Shown here: one piece after another, positions 19,501 to 27,924 of the stretch
How the letters are laid out: each line of letters opens with the position of its first letter
Numbering within the stretch: position 1 is the stretch's first letter
Assembly (NCBI GenBank): GCA_963710755.1
Contig: CAVQBK010000003.1
Location: forward strand, 1,376,001 to 1,440,000
Source of the DNA: an uncultured bacterium
Lineage (GTDB): Bacteria > Oederibacteriota > JAAXVQ01 > JAUVAV01
DNA length: 64,000 nucleotides
Reading direction: 5' to 3'
The notes under the pieces: model-generated
The model's database searches: none
What the model was told of the DNA's origin: nothing
Seen by the model: the letters and a program-made list of their open reading frames with translations, nothing else
Translations under genes and position numbers: made by a program

Positions 19501-22233
19501 TGGCGTTTAAAAGGACTGGCGGCAGATTTGGTCATTTGGAATGAGGACGCCACCGGCTACCGGCAGTTGTTGCATGATCGCATTATCGGCTTAATCTCAT
19601 CAGGGATGGAAGCCCATGCGGTGGATCAGCCCGGCGGAATTTTTATCCGGCGCATGGACCAGATTCCGGAAGAGGATCAGGTGCTTATGCAAACCGTGGC
19701 GCGCATCATCATTACGGACCTAGGCGGCACGTTGCAGGAGCAAATGACCCCTCGGGTCCAGGCCGAGGCCGGTGTGATGGCATTTACACCTTATCGGAGA
19801 CAACACCTGTGGCCGGAGCAGCCCGTGGATTTGGCGCGCAGGGATTTGATTTTTTTCAACGGAATAGGCGGGTTTACCCAAGACGGCAAAGAGTATATTG
19901 TGACCACCACGGCGCAGGAAACAACCCCCATGCCCTGGGTGAACGTGCTCGCCAACCCTCACTTTGGGACCGTGGTTTCGGAAAGCGGCTCGGGGTACAC
20001 CTTCAGTGAGAATGCCCACGAGTTTCGCCTGACTCCCTGGCACAACGATCCGGTTTTCGATTCGAGCGGGGAAGCGTTTTATATACGCGACGAAGAAAGC
20101 GGAAGGTTCTGGTCGCCAGCGCCCTTTCCGGCCCGGGGCGCAAGACCTTATGCCTGCCGGCACGGATTCGGGTACAGCATTTTTGAATATACGGACTTTG
20201 GGATTTCGTCGGAGTTTACCCTTTACGTCGCCCCGGATGCGCCCGCGAAATTTTGGATTTTAAAATTACGCAATGTATCGGGACGCCCGCGGCGCCTTAC
20301 GGCCACGGGGTACGTGGAGTGGGTCTTGGGGGAGTTGCGGCCTAAAACCTTCATGCACGTGGTGACCGAGATTGATCCCAAAAGCAACGCCGTGTTCGCC
20401 CGCAACCCTTTTCATGGCGAGTTCTCAGGACGGGTGGCGTTTTTCAATGTCAATGATCCTAATCGCAGTGTCACCGGTGATCGTGCGGAATTCGTGGGCC
20501 GTAACGGCAGTTTAAAAAATCCCGCGGCCATGCAGCGATCGCGGCTGGCCAACAAGGTGGGGCCGGCCCTGGATCCTTGCGCCGCCTTGCAGGCCACGAT
20601 TGAGTTGGCGGCGGGGGAAGAAAAAGAGATCGTTTTTATCTTGGGCGCTGGCCGTAATATTGAAGAAGCCCGAGCCTTGGCGCAACGCTTTCGGGGAAAA
20701 GGTCCGGCGCGGACGGCCTTGGAGGGTGTGTGGGACTACTGGAACAGGACCTTGGGTGCCGTGCATTTGGAAACGCCGGACCGCAGTTTGAATATTCTAG
20801 GTAACGGCTGGCTGCTCTATCAAGTCTTGGCGTGCCGTTTATGGGGCCGCAGCGGCTTTTATCAATCCGGAGGGGCCTACGGATTTCGCGACCAATTGCA
20901 GGACGCGCTGGCCCTGCTCCATGCCGAACCGCGGTTGTTGCGGGAACACTTGCTGCGCTGTGCGGAGCGCCAGTTTCCGGAAGGCGATGTTCAACATTGG
21001 TGGCATCCGCCGACTGGACGCGGCGTGCGGACCCGTTGTTCGGACGATTATCTTTGGCTGCCGTATGCGGTTTGCCGCTATGTGGAGGGCACGGGGGATG
21101 CTGGTGTCTTGGACGAGAGGCTGGGTTTTGTCGAAGGCCGGGCGGTTAAAGCGGAAGAAGAATCCTATTACGATCTGCCCGGTCACTCGGAGATCAAGGA
21201 AACGCTTTATGAACACTGCAGCCGGGCCGTGGTGCACGCCTTGAACTTTGGCCAGCATGGTTTGCCGCTAATGGGAACCGGTGATTGGAATGACGGTATG
21301 AACCGGGTGGGGGAACAAGGGCAGGGAGAAAGTGTTTGGCTGGCGTTTTTTCTCTATCAAGTCCTGACCCAATTTTCGGCAATCGCGCAAAGGCAGCAGG
21401 ATGCAGCCATGGTCCAGCGTTGCCGCTCTGAAGCCGAAAGCCTGCGGGATCGGATTTCAGCCCAGGCCTGGGACGGGCACTGGTGGCTGCGGGCGTTTTT
21501 TGATAACGGCGACCCGTTAGGTTCGGCGGCTAATACCGAGTGCCGTATTGATTCCTTGCCGCAGAGCTGGTCCATATTGTCAGGCGCTGGAGATTCAAGC
21601 CGCAATCTGGTGGCCATGCAGGCCGTGGAACACTATCTGGTGAAACCCGAATCCGGCTTGATTCAATTGTTCGATCCTCCATTTGACAAAACGGAGCACG
21701 ACCCGGGTTATATTCGCGGCTATGTTCCGGGTGTCCGGGAAAACGGTGGTCAATATACGCACGCCGCGGTATGGGCCACGATGGCCATGGCCGCCTTGGG
21801 CGAAGGGGAAAAAGCCTGGGCCTGGCTAAACCTAATCAATCCTATTTTACATACGAGTACTCCGGAACGGATGGCCGTGTACAAGACGGAGCCCTATGTT
21901 TTAGCCGGAGATGTCTATTCGCGCCCCCCCTACACAGGCCGGGGCGGGTGGACCTGGTACACAGGCTCGGCCGGATGGATGTACCAGTGCATCCTGGAAT
22001 CCTTGTTGGGATTAAAACTGGATGTGGACCAATTGACCTTTTCACCAAGCTGGCCGGATGAATGGGGTAAGTTCCTGATTCATTATCGCTTCCGGGAGAC
22101 GGTTTATCATATCACCGTTTCTAAACACGATCGGTCCGAGGCGCGGCTAACGGTGGATGGGGCAGAGCAAGCCGAACTTATTTTGCATCTGCAAGATGAC
22201 CGACGCGAGCATTGGGTTGAATGTTTGTGCTGA
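13516..22233 (+). CDS. ndvB: Cyclic beta-1,2-glucan synthase (GT84 synthase, cyclisation domain and GH94 phosphorylase)
   Basis: About 2900 aa with GWERKRGKL, YVITLDAD, LSHDLLE, RWIRGDWQ, YDLLASEARL, GFRDQLQD, GDWNDGM and RENGGQYTH. The start is uncertain (ORF open from 13384). Confidence 0.93.
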   Translation: MNESIRDKIKNLLLFKIRSRPQETARDLSNEQPLQAELFSLEQMAEFAKSLARWHELEKTRGPDRLLPRLNENEKLLLEAYQLLQDEAAKKTPLLPADEWFLDNFHLIEEQIRLARKHLPKSFSRELPTLTIGKTAGFPRVYDMALEIIAHGDGRVEAGSLSAFVDAYQSLVTLKLGELWAIPIMLRLALIENLRRVATHITAGKLDRRLAGFWANRMITVVEKDPKNLVLEMADMARSNPPMSSAFVAELARRFQGQGPNLVLPLTWIEQHLSEDGLNIEQLVGLENQRRAEDQVSVSNSIFSLRFIHAMDWREFVETMSRVERILSRDPMDAYPRTDFTTRDRCRHRVEILAKRSSCSEETVATRALELARSAAKIHGQEDRTAHVGYYLLNRGQAKLEQALRPRFTLGEHCERLVLRFALFFYLGAIGVLTLGFAGLFLWNIRAASLGYFGLAAMLLLIVASQPAIDLVNWLVGRLVKPRGLPRMDYSKGLPPEASTLVVVPCILSNPQTVAGLLENLEILYLANRDSHLYFGLVTDFKDAPQATLPEDDALLEAVKAGIKHLHDRYPSEQGARFYLFHRHRRWNPQEACWMGWERKRGKLVNLNTILRNGLPEPGTLIVGEASILDQMKYVITLDADTRLTLDSARTLVATMAHPLNRPRVDPVANRVDDGYGILQPRIGTIQADARKSWFARLFGGEEGIDPYTLAVSDTYQDLFQEGSFVGKGIYDVEAFQKVLAHRFPENRILSHDLLESGYARSGLVSDVVLYENYPEDYLDDAQRRARWIRGDWQIVRWLLPGAPGPQGVLRNSLRKLYLWKIFDNLRRSLVAPAILGLLLLGWLNSPWTGLLTAGVVLVFFLPSLLTTLAALMFQKPRELLFAMHVRDTLQELARHLGRAIIRLALLAFEACTSLEAISRTLYRLWISRKHLLNWTQSSDSGHAATQRFSDIWKSMWMAPSLALLAGIVIVWRDPAFLGTSVVVLALWFSSPLAVWLISRPPVRYTTGLSSDQSAFLRKLARRTWRYFETYASEDNHWLPLDNVQEQPFAARTHRTSPTNIGLSLLANLSAYDYGYISARLLLRRSECTLRTLQSLKRFRGHYYNWYDTQTLQPLDPPYISSVDSGNLAGHLLVLRQGLLALTDHPLAPEQWLAGRADTFAVLEEVIHREGLKIDLELKEKIAYFRGQLAEIPVGIKAQWEQLQALAAQSAALGAGLGTLPEAAWWLHALEQQLREFSDELAGAAPWITWPEPEEAFWEGLEGLQTLWQKMFLRPTLREVATLEEAILSWWALSAIDNDSTDRKARLEQLRTMFLAAAQRGKERMTVIEKLARQCQTAAEMEYDFLYDSNQHLLATGYHVRERRRDNSYYDLLASEARLGSFVAIAQGHLPQEHWFTLGRNLTLAGGKAVLLSWGGSMFEYLMPLLVMPAYENTLLGQTYKSVVARQIAYGEKRGVFWGISESCYNTTDANHFYQYRAFGVPGLGFKRGLADDLVIAPYASALALMIEPAAAAGNLQAMAGAGLLGSYGMVEAVDYTPARLQRGQNIAVLRSYMAHHQGMTLLSIAYCLLDHPMQKRFEAEPLFQAALSLLHERVSKVTPAFSHAFEAAERHWQSREEQETLIRIFNTPHTPVPEVHLLSNGRYHVMVTQAGGGYSRWKGLALTRWREDPTLDDYGLFCYIRDVERGETWSAAFQPIKKTGKHYEAIFSQARAEFRRQDLDLDTHTEIAVSPEDDIELRRVRITNRAREARTLELTSYAEVVLAPPAAEATHPAFNNLFIQTEIIRNRNSILCTRRPRSAQEKPPWLLHLMVIQGAGEVETSFETDRLKFIGRGKNVSEPAALETGKLSDSEGSVLDPIIAIRRRIRLEPEGTVVVNIVLGAAETRESAMGLIEKYHDWRLTDRVFELAFSHGQVVLHQLNATEADAQVFGRLAGSIIFADPARRALPGVILKNTRGQSGLWGYGISGDLPIVLLRISDPANMDLVRCMLQVHAYWRLKGLAADLVIWNEDATGYRQLLHDRIIGLISSGMEAHAVDQPGGIFIRRMDQIPEEDQVLMQTVARIIITDLGGTLQEQMTPRVQAEAGVMAFTPYRRQHLWPEQPVDLARRDLIFFNGIGGFTQDGKEYIVTTTAQETTPMPWVNVLANPHFGTVVSESGSGYTFSENAHEFRLTPWHNDPVFDSSGEAFYIRDEESGRFWSPAPFPARGARPYACRHGFGYSIFEYTDFGISSEFTLYVAPDAPAKFWILKLRNVSGRPRRLTATGYVEWVLGELRPKTFMHVVTEIDPKSNAVFARNPFHGEFSGRVAFFNVNDPNRSVTGDRAEFVGRNGSLKNPAAMQRSRLANKVGPALDPCAALQATIELAAGEEKEIVFILGAGRNIEEARALAQRFRGKGPARTALEGVWDYWNRTLGAVHLETPDRSLNILGNGWLLYQVLACRLWGRSGFYQSGGAYGFRDQLQDALALLHAEPRLLREHLLRCAERQFPEGDVQHWWHPPTGRGVRTRCSDDYLWLPYAVCRYVEGTGDAGVLDERLGFVEGRAVKAEEESYYDLPGHSEIKETLYEHCSRAVVHALNFGQHGLPLMGTGDWNDGMNRVGEQGQGESVWLAFFLYQVLTQFSAIAQRQQDAAMVQRCRSEAESLRDRISAQAWDGHWWLRAFFDNGDPLGSAANTECRIDSLPQSWSILSGAGDSSRNLVAMQAVEHYLVKPESGLIQLFDPPFDKTEHDPGYIRGYVPGVRENGGQYTHAAVWATMAMAALGEGEKAWAWLNLINPILHTSTPERMAVYKTEPYVLAGDVYSRPPYTGRGGWTWYTGSAGWMYQCILESLLGLKLDVDQLTFSPSWPDEWGKFLIHYRFRETVYHITVSKHDRSEARLTVDGAEQAELILHLQDDRREHWVECLC

Positions 22234-22360
22234 AAGTCTGCGAAAAACGATATAAAAAGGGGGATGTTGTTTTCTGAATCGTATAACTATTGACAATTGC
22301 CGGGACGATTGAACGGTTGGAAAGTAAAGCAACTTAGGCAACAACGTCCCGATGATCTCA

Positions 22361-22496
22361 CACAATACCTTCGGGCCGCATAGTGCCTTGGGTTACAAAA
22401 CGCCTGATGAATTTACGTGGGAATACGAAGCGTAGCAATCAGCAAAAAGCACCCCGGGACTTTTCTCGCGGGTGGCTTAAAATAGGGGTGGGGTCA
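22361..22496 (+). mobile_element. IS3-family right-end remnant
   Basis: Encodes HNTFGPHSALGYKTPDEF (integrase-core tail), followed by an IR-like end GTGGCTTAAAATAGGGGTGGGGTCA terminating in CA. Confidence 0.75.
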
Positions 22497-22602
22497 GATC
22501 CTGTCCCCCAAAAAAACTAAAAGCTGTTCATCATCCTGTAATCTTTGCGTCGTTATAATGGCCATGAAATTAAAAATAATCGAAGGAAAAGAGGTGATGA
22601 TA

Positions 22603-22974
22603 ATGAAAAAGATTTTATCCATGCTGTTACTCGCTATAATTTTGAGTGGCGGTTATCTACTGGCAAGAGAAGTGAAAGGTGGAACTCTCCCGGTAGGAGA
22701 GGCTGGGGAAGCAATGTGGCCGGCAATGGCGAAGCTTACCTTATCTCAGGCAATTGAAAAAGGCCTGGCAAGAGTAGCCGGACGTACGCTGAGTGCTGAA
22801 TTGGCAAACAAGAACGGGTTTTTAATATTTGAAGTTGAAGTGGTCAAACCAAATAATAAAATAATGGAACTTTGGATTGATGCTGGCAACGGTAACATCC
22901 TTGGGTTAAATAATGATAAAGAGGATAAGGATGACAAAGATGAAGGGCAAGAACAAGATGACGATAATGATTGA
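22603..22974 (+). CDS. Secreted PepSY-domain protein with acidic tail
   Basis: Signal peptide, AKLTLSQAI, FEVEV, WIDAGNGNIL and a D/E-rich C-terminus. Confidence 0.8.
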   Translation: MKKILSMLLLAIILSGGYLLAREVKGGTLPVGEAGEAMWPAMAKLTLSQAIEKGLARVAGRTLSAELANKNGFLIFEVEVVKPNNKIMELWIDAGNGNILGLNNDKEDKDDKDEGQEQDDDND

Positions 22975-22984
22975 AAAAAGCATA

Positions 22985-23016
22985 ACCGGAGAAGCAGAAT
23001 CAACTGTTTCTCCGGT
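22985..23016 (+). terminator. Hairpin between the pepSY and response regulator genes
   Basis: ACCGGAGAAGCAG/CTGTTTCTCCGGT stem with one G-U pair. Confidence 0.5.
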
Positions 23017-23047
23017 AATTTATAAATAAAGAACTAAGGAGCCAATA

Positions 23048-23715
23048 GTGCGTGTTCTTGTGGTCGAAGATGAAAAAAAACTTGCCGACCTTATAGGAGA
23101 AGGACTAGCAGAGGAAAACTATGCGGTGGATGTCGCTTATGACGGTGAAGAGGGATTGTTTATGGCGGAAAACGAGACTTCCGATCTGATCATTCTGGAC
23201 ATTATGCTGCCTTATATTGACGGCCTGGAAATTCTTCACAAACTTCGAAAAAAGGAATCCAGACACCGGTCCTGTTACTGACCGCCAGGGATTCGCTGCA
23301 GGATAAAGTGACAGGGCTTGATCAAGGGGCGGATGATTACCTGACCAAACCCTTTGTTTTTGACGAATTGATGGCCCGGGTAAGAGCATTGCTAAGACGG
23401 ACTTATGATGTCAAATCAACAGTTGTGAATATTCGTGATCTGATTGTTGATACAGCAGCCCACGAAGTAAGCCGCAAAAATAAAAAGATCATGCTTTCTG
23501 CCAAGGAATATGCTTTGTTTGAATATTTTATACTTAACCGTAACCGGGTATTAAGCCGTACCGAGTTATATGAACATTGTTATAGCTACCTGACGGAAAA
23601 TGATAGTAATGTTCTTGATGTATTGATTTTCAGGATCAGAAATAAAATTAGAGGCCGTTCAGGACAATCGTTCATTCAGACGGTGCGTGGATCAGGTTAT
23701 ATCCTGAGGGATTAG
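23048..23715 (+). pseudogene. OmpR-family response regulator, split by a -1 frameshift at 23248-23254
   Basis: Receiver motifs VVEDE and ILDIMLP in one frame. [20 protein letters not shown] and TVRGSGY continue in the -1 frame. One extra A restores a full-length protein. Confidence 0.85.
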
Positions 23716-23719
23716 GCCA

Positions 23720-25138
23720 ATGATGATAACGTCATTGAAAATGAAAATAGTACTGTATTATATGCTGGTAATGGGGATCATTCTGTCTGTGCTGGGCGGG
23801 ATAATTTATTTTGCGCTTAACCGGGTTGTCTATAACAGCGTTGACAATACTCTGCTGGCAGAAGTCATGAGTCTGTCCCAAATGATTGATGATGAAGAAG
23901 GAGATGTAAATACACCTGCTTTTTCGGCCATCCTATCGGCATTCCAAAAGAGTAAGACCGGTCACTATTATCAGATAACCGACGCAAAGGGCAAAGTATT
24001 AAAAAAAACAGTGTCTCTGGGTAACCGCATGCTGCCGGTACCGGAAAAGTGGAGTGAAAAGACATTTAATACCATTCATCTGAAAAACCGGCGTTATCGT
24101 CTGGTCAGTTTTAACTATCAATCAAAAGAACCGGCTGAACAACCGATTAACGTGAGGATACAATGTGCTGTTGATATAGAAAATGTTTATCACAAATTAC
24201 TGATATATAAAATGATAATAATGGCCGGATTGGCACTAGTAGCCGCAATTGCTTCGTTGGGCGGATTTTTTATTGCCCACCGGGCATTGGCACCGATTAA
24301 TCAAATCTCGGAAATCATTGACAGGATATCTGTTTCAAGCCTGGCTGAACGGATTATGCCAGATCATTACCCGCAAGAAATCAAACCACTGGCACTGGCA
24401 TTTAACCGGACTTTTGACAGGCTGGGAAAATCATTTGAGCAGCAAAAACAGTTTGTCGCCGATGCCTCGCATGAGCTGAGGACACCCTTGTCCGTCGTTT
24501 TGAGTCAGAGTGAACTTACATTAAAAAAGAAGCGGACGCTTCAGGCCTATCGTGATGCCTTAAATACTATCAGAACTTCGGCGTTATTTCTGACCGGTAT
24601 GGTGGAAAAACTGGTTTTCCTAGCCAGATTTGATGCAGAACAAGCAGCGCTGACTTTTGAACCTGTAAACATCAAAGCGTTAGTGGACAGAGCCGGACAA
24701 CTAGTCGGAATACTGGCAGAACGGCAAGGCGTCAAGTTGACTGTGGAATCAGAAAAAACAGCCTATATGGTCTATGGTGATGAAGCGGCACTGCTGGAGT
24801 TGTTGGTCAATATTCTGGACAATGCTGTCAAATATAACCGTCCCGGCGGTCACGTAAATATAACGCTCTGTCATGAAAATCGTGGCGTTACCATAAAAGT
24901 AGCCGACAGCGGCAGAGGGATTGCCAAACAGGATAGAGAGAAAGTATTTGACCGGTTTTTCCGTACCGATCAATCACTGAGAACAGCTATGAAGGGTATG
25001 GGGTTGGGATTGAGTATTTGCCGGGAAATTGTAAAGACCCATAAGGGTCGGTTGACATTGGACAGTGAACCGGGGCGAGGAACAACAGTTTGTATCTTTT
25101 TAAATACTATCACTGGCTTGTCAGGGCAGCAGCTGTGA
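23720..25138 (+). CDS. Sensor histidine kinase (HAMP, CusS/CzcS-like)
   Basis: Two TM helices, ADASHELRTPL, NILDNAVKY, DSGRGI and GMGLGLSI. Confidence 0.93.
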   Translation: MMITSLKMKIVLYYMLVMGIILSVLGGIIYFALNRVVYNSVDNTLLAEVMSLSQMIDDEEGDVNTPAFSAILSAFQKSKTGHYYQITDAKGKVLKKTVSLGNRMLPVPEKWSEKTFNTIHLKNRRYRLVSFNYQSKEPAEQPINVRIQCAVDIENVYHKLLIYKMIIMAGLALVAAIASLGGFFIAHRALAPINQISEIIDRISVSSLAERIMPDHYPQEIKPLALAFNRTFDRLGKSFEQQKQFVADASHELRTPLSVVLSQSELTLKKKRTLQAYRDALNTIRTSALFLTGMVEKLVFLARFDAEQAALTFEPVNIKALVDRAGQLVGILAERQGVKLTVESEKTAYMVYGDEAALLELLVNILDNAVKYNRPGGHVNITLCHENRGVTIKVADSGRGIAKQDREKVFDRFFRTDQSLRTAMKGMGLGLSICREIVKTHKGRLTLDSEPGRGTTVCIFLNTITGLSGQQL

Positions 25139-25173
25139 ATCGCAACTAAACAAAGATATCTTGGGAGTAAATA

Positions 25174-25935
25174 ATGAATCAAAAATCAAAAGAAATAATA
25201 AGTAAAGTGCCACAGGTCACGCTGATATTTTGGATAATCAAGATTGCGGCAACTACTTTTGGAGAAACCGGTGGAGATGCAGTTTCTATGTCCATGAAGC
25301 TAGGATATTTGGTGGGGACAGCGATATTTGCTGTGGTATTTTTCGCAGCAGTTGCAGCTCAGATTAAGGCTAAGCGCTTCCATCCCTTTTTATACTGGTT
25401 AACCATTATTGCCACAACCACAGTAGGAACTACATTAGCTGATTTTGCCGACCGTTCTTTGGGTATCGGTTATGCAGGTGGTTCCGTTCTTTTGTTGACA
25501 TTACTAGGACTGTCGTTAATGGTCTGGCATAAATCAATGGGATCTGTATCCATCAACACTATCCGTTCACCCAAAGCGGAAATGTTTTACTGGATAACCA
25601 TTATGTTTTCTCAGACACTCGGTACAGCTTTAGGGGATTGGACGGCAGATACGGCGGGCTTGGGCTACGGTGGTGGAGCCGTTGTATTTTTGGGACTCCT
25701 TGCACTGGTTGCAGCAGCCTATTTTTGGACAACTATATCACGTACTATATTATTTTGGACGGCCTTTGTCCTTACCCGGCCTTTGGGCGCGGTTGTCGGG
25801 GACCTACTCGACAAACCGGTCAGTGAAGGAGGTATGGCACTGAGTCGCTATAGTGCCTCGCTTGTACTCATGGTGTTTATTATTCTCTGTATTTTTATTT
25901 TTCCCAACCGGGCAGCCAGGGGATCAGGGCATTGA
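25174..25935 (+). CDS. COG4705/DUF347-repeat membrane protein
   Basis: SKVPQVTLIFWIIKI, TTFGETGGD, TTVGTTLAD, QTLGTALGD and TRPLGA. Confidence 0.88.
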   Translation: MNQKSKEIISKVPQVTLIFWIIKIAATTFGETGGDAVSMSMKLGYLVGTAIFAVVFFAAVAAQIKAKRFHPFLYWLTIIATTTVGTTLADFADRSLGIGYAGGSVLLLTLLGLSLMVWHKSMGSVSINTIRSPKAEMFYWITIMFSQTLGTALGDWTADTAGLGYGGGAVVFLGLLALVAAAYFWTTISRTILFWTAFVLTRPLGAVVGDLLDKPVSEGGMALSRYSASLVLMVFIILCIFIFPNRAARGSGH

Positions 25936-26073
25936 AACGTTAACAAGATATTTTAGATGCGAGAAGTGCATAATATAGTGAACACTAGATCCGGGTTGAT
26001 TCGGTAATTCGACAACTTAAGTAGCCAATGTTTCTTAGCACCAATTGCGAAAGTCGTCTGTTCGGCCCTGCAG

Positions 26074-26116
26074 ATAAATAAAAAGGCTACCGCATAAGGG
26101 TAACCTTTTTATTTAT
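26074..26116. terminator. Bidirectional terminator-like hairpin
   Basis: ATAAATAAAAAGGCTACC...GGTAACCTTTTTATTTAT. Confidence 0.6.
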
Positions 26117-26138
26117 GGAGCCATTGAGCGAATCGAGC
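26116..26138 (-). other. Degenerate tRNA 3'-end fragment (possible att scar)
   Basis: The reverse complement GCTCGATTCGCTCAATGGCTCCA looks like T-loop, acceptor strand and CCA. No 5' half is present. Confidence 0.4.
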
Positions 26139-26203
26139 AAGCGGAAGAATGGAAAAGCTCAATTCCGGTCCAGTTGCTCCAATTGATCAATTGTCATGAT
26201 CTT

Positions 26204-26238
26204 AAAAAGCCCAGGTCTTATGGACCTGGGCTTTTTTT
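26204..26238. terminator. Rho-independent bidirectional terminator
   Basis: AAAAAGCCCAGGTC-TTATG-GACCTGGGCTTTTTT. Confidence 0.8.
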
Positions 26239-26410
26239 ATAATGTGAGAGGTTGGAAAGAGACTCGCACGCTAGGGAGCGTGGTGGATGCCTTACCCCAA
26301 TGGATCATTGGGGAGACAGCGAGCGATCGAGCAGGCGACATTGTCCGGCCCGCGAGCGTCAGAGGGGAATTATTCTCCTCGAAGGAGCAAGGGTCGGCCC
26401 CCGCATGCAC

Positions 26411-27142
26411 TTATAATTTACTTTCTATCCGCGCCGCAACATACCTGCCTCTTATGATGAGGTACAACGCCAAGTACAGTTCCCCAATAATACCGGCCAC
26501 CCCCAGAAAGCCCTCGAGCAGCACTCTGTTTTGAGCGCGGAATTCTGGGAACAACAAATTGGCCAAACCATCGATCAGATAACCGGCCATATCCACAAGC
26601 AGGACGATTCCTAAAAGTTTGGACATATAACCGGACGTGTACACAAGACAGCCTACCAGCAAAATATGAAACCCAAAGAAGATGAGCGCATAACTGAAGC
26701 CATTGGCAAAAGCGTTTAGCGCGGTCATGACCATGGCATGAAGCTGATCCGGGGTATAAGCCGATAAATAGTCCGCGCCGCTGACAAGATGTAGTGCATT
26801 TAATTGATTAACCGTGATAGCGGCTATGGCCGCGGCGTACGTTACCCGGAACCAGGCTGCCAGCAATGCCAGACTCTGATTGACAGGCCTTAAAACGAGA
26901 TAAAGGCCCAACGCCACGACAACGTCCAGGATGAACATTAATAAAAATATCAATACATGCAGACGGTAGGACATGGCTGAAGCTTTAAGGTTATTAAACG
27001 TTTGGGCCGCGTCGTTCCATACGATCATATTGGGATTAAAAACGATGGGATCAAATACGGCTACAACATACATAGCCAATAAAGCAAACCCGGCAATACG
27101 TACTCCTGTTTTTACGGAAACATCTGGAAATGCTGCTTGCAT
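26411..27142 (-). CDS. DUF4386-family membrane protein
   Basis: RIAGFALL, DVVVALGLYLVLRPVN, LALLAAWFR, FFGFH and GELYLALYLIIRG. Confidence 0.85.
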   Translation of the reverse strand: MQAAFPDVSVKTGVRIAGFALLAMYVVAVFDPIVFNPNMIVWNDAAQTFNNLKASAMSYRLHVLIFLLMFILDVVVALGLYLVLRPVNQSLALLAAWFRVTYAAAIAAITVNQLNALHLVSGADYLSAYTPDQLHAMVMTALNAFANGFSYALIFFGFHILLVGCLVYTSGYMSKLLGIVLLVDMAGYLIDGLANLLFPEFRAQNRVLLEGFLGVAGIIGELYLALYLIIRGRYVAARIESKL

Positions 27143-27222
27143 GACGGCCTCCTCTGAATAAGGGATGTGATGCCTGCTTTTACGGAAAACTTGACCATCC
27201 CGGGCAATGCCACAATGGTTGT

Positions 27223-27924
27223 TTATGCGTATTGTCGGTCAAGCTTAACGCCTTTTATCATCAACCATAATCCAATCATCAATTCAAAAAGAATAGCCAA
27301 AACGCCGAACACCATTGCATTTTCAAGGGGAAGAACCAGACCGGTCAGCGTCGCCACCAGCAGAAGAGAGAAGGACACCAGTCCGAAAAGGGACAGCCAG
27401 GCAGGAATGTACCGGGATTTAAAGAAGAGATAGCAATAAACGATGGTCCCCAAGCTCAAGAATACAAAGACAATGGGGATAATGGCTTTTTTGACCTCCA
27501 GCAGGAGCATGGCCAAGGCTTGCACTTTTTCTGTGCCCAAGGCGGCAGCATAACTTTCTCCATGGAGCACTTGCAAAATAACCATGCCCGTCAATACGGA
27601 CAGGCAGCCCAGAATGGCTTCGCCCATGCGCCACAACAGTGCAAGATGAGCCAGTTTTTTGTCGACGGTTTTCAATACCAGATATAAAACAAAGGCCAGG
27701 ACAATTACAGAAGCATACATGATTATTTCGTATAAGAGATTTAGACGGAATAAGGGTTCATGGACCAGGATATGTTGAATAGTGGCAGCAGGGTTATGGG
27801 GTACGGTTAGTTTGGAACCTAAAAAAATCATGGAAAGCAGGGAAGAGGCTATAATCAGAAAATAAAAAAAGCCGGCCAGTCTTGCGGTTTTTTGTAATGC
27901 TGGATCGGACATTTCTTGTACCAT
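27223..27924 (-). CDS. DUF4386-family membrane protein (tandem paralog)
   Basis: ARLAGFFY, LYLVLKTVDK, FFKSRYIPAW and FELMIGLWLMIKG. Confidence 0.85.
   Translation of the reverse strand: MVQEMSDPALQKTARLAGFFYFLIIASSLLSMIFLGSKLTVPHNPAATIQHILVHEPLFRLNLLYEIIMYASVIVLAFVLYLVLKTVDKKLAHLALLWRMGEAILGCLSVLTGMVILQVLHGESYAAALGTEKVQALAMLLLEVKKAIIPIVFVFLSLGTIVYCYLFFKSRYIPAWLSLFGLVSFSLLLVATLTGLVLPLENAMVFGVLAILFELMIGLWLMIKGVKLDRQYA

Noticed and set aside
7289-22496. Classical IS3 composite transposon
   Set aside because: The two IS ends have different IR sequences and their outer flanks (CGTTG and GATCC) form no target duplication.
26240-26410. Structured ncRNA after the terminator
   Set aside because: It is purine-rich with GCGAGCG repeats, but I could not establish a consistent fold or family.
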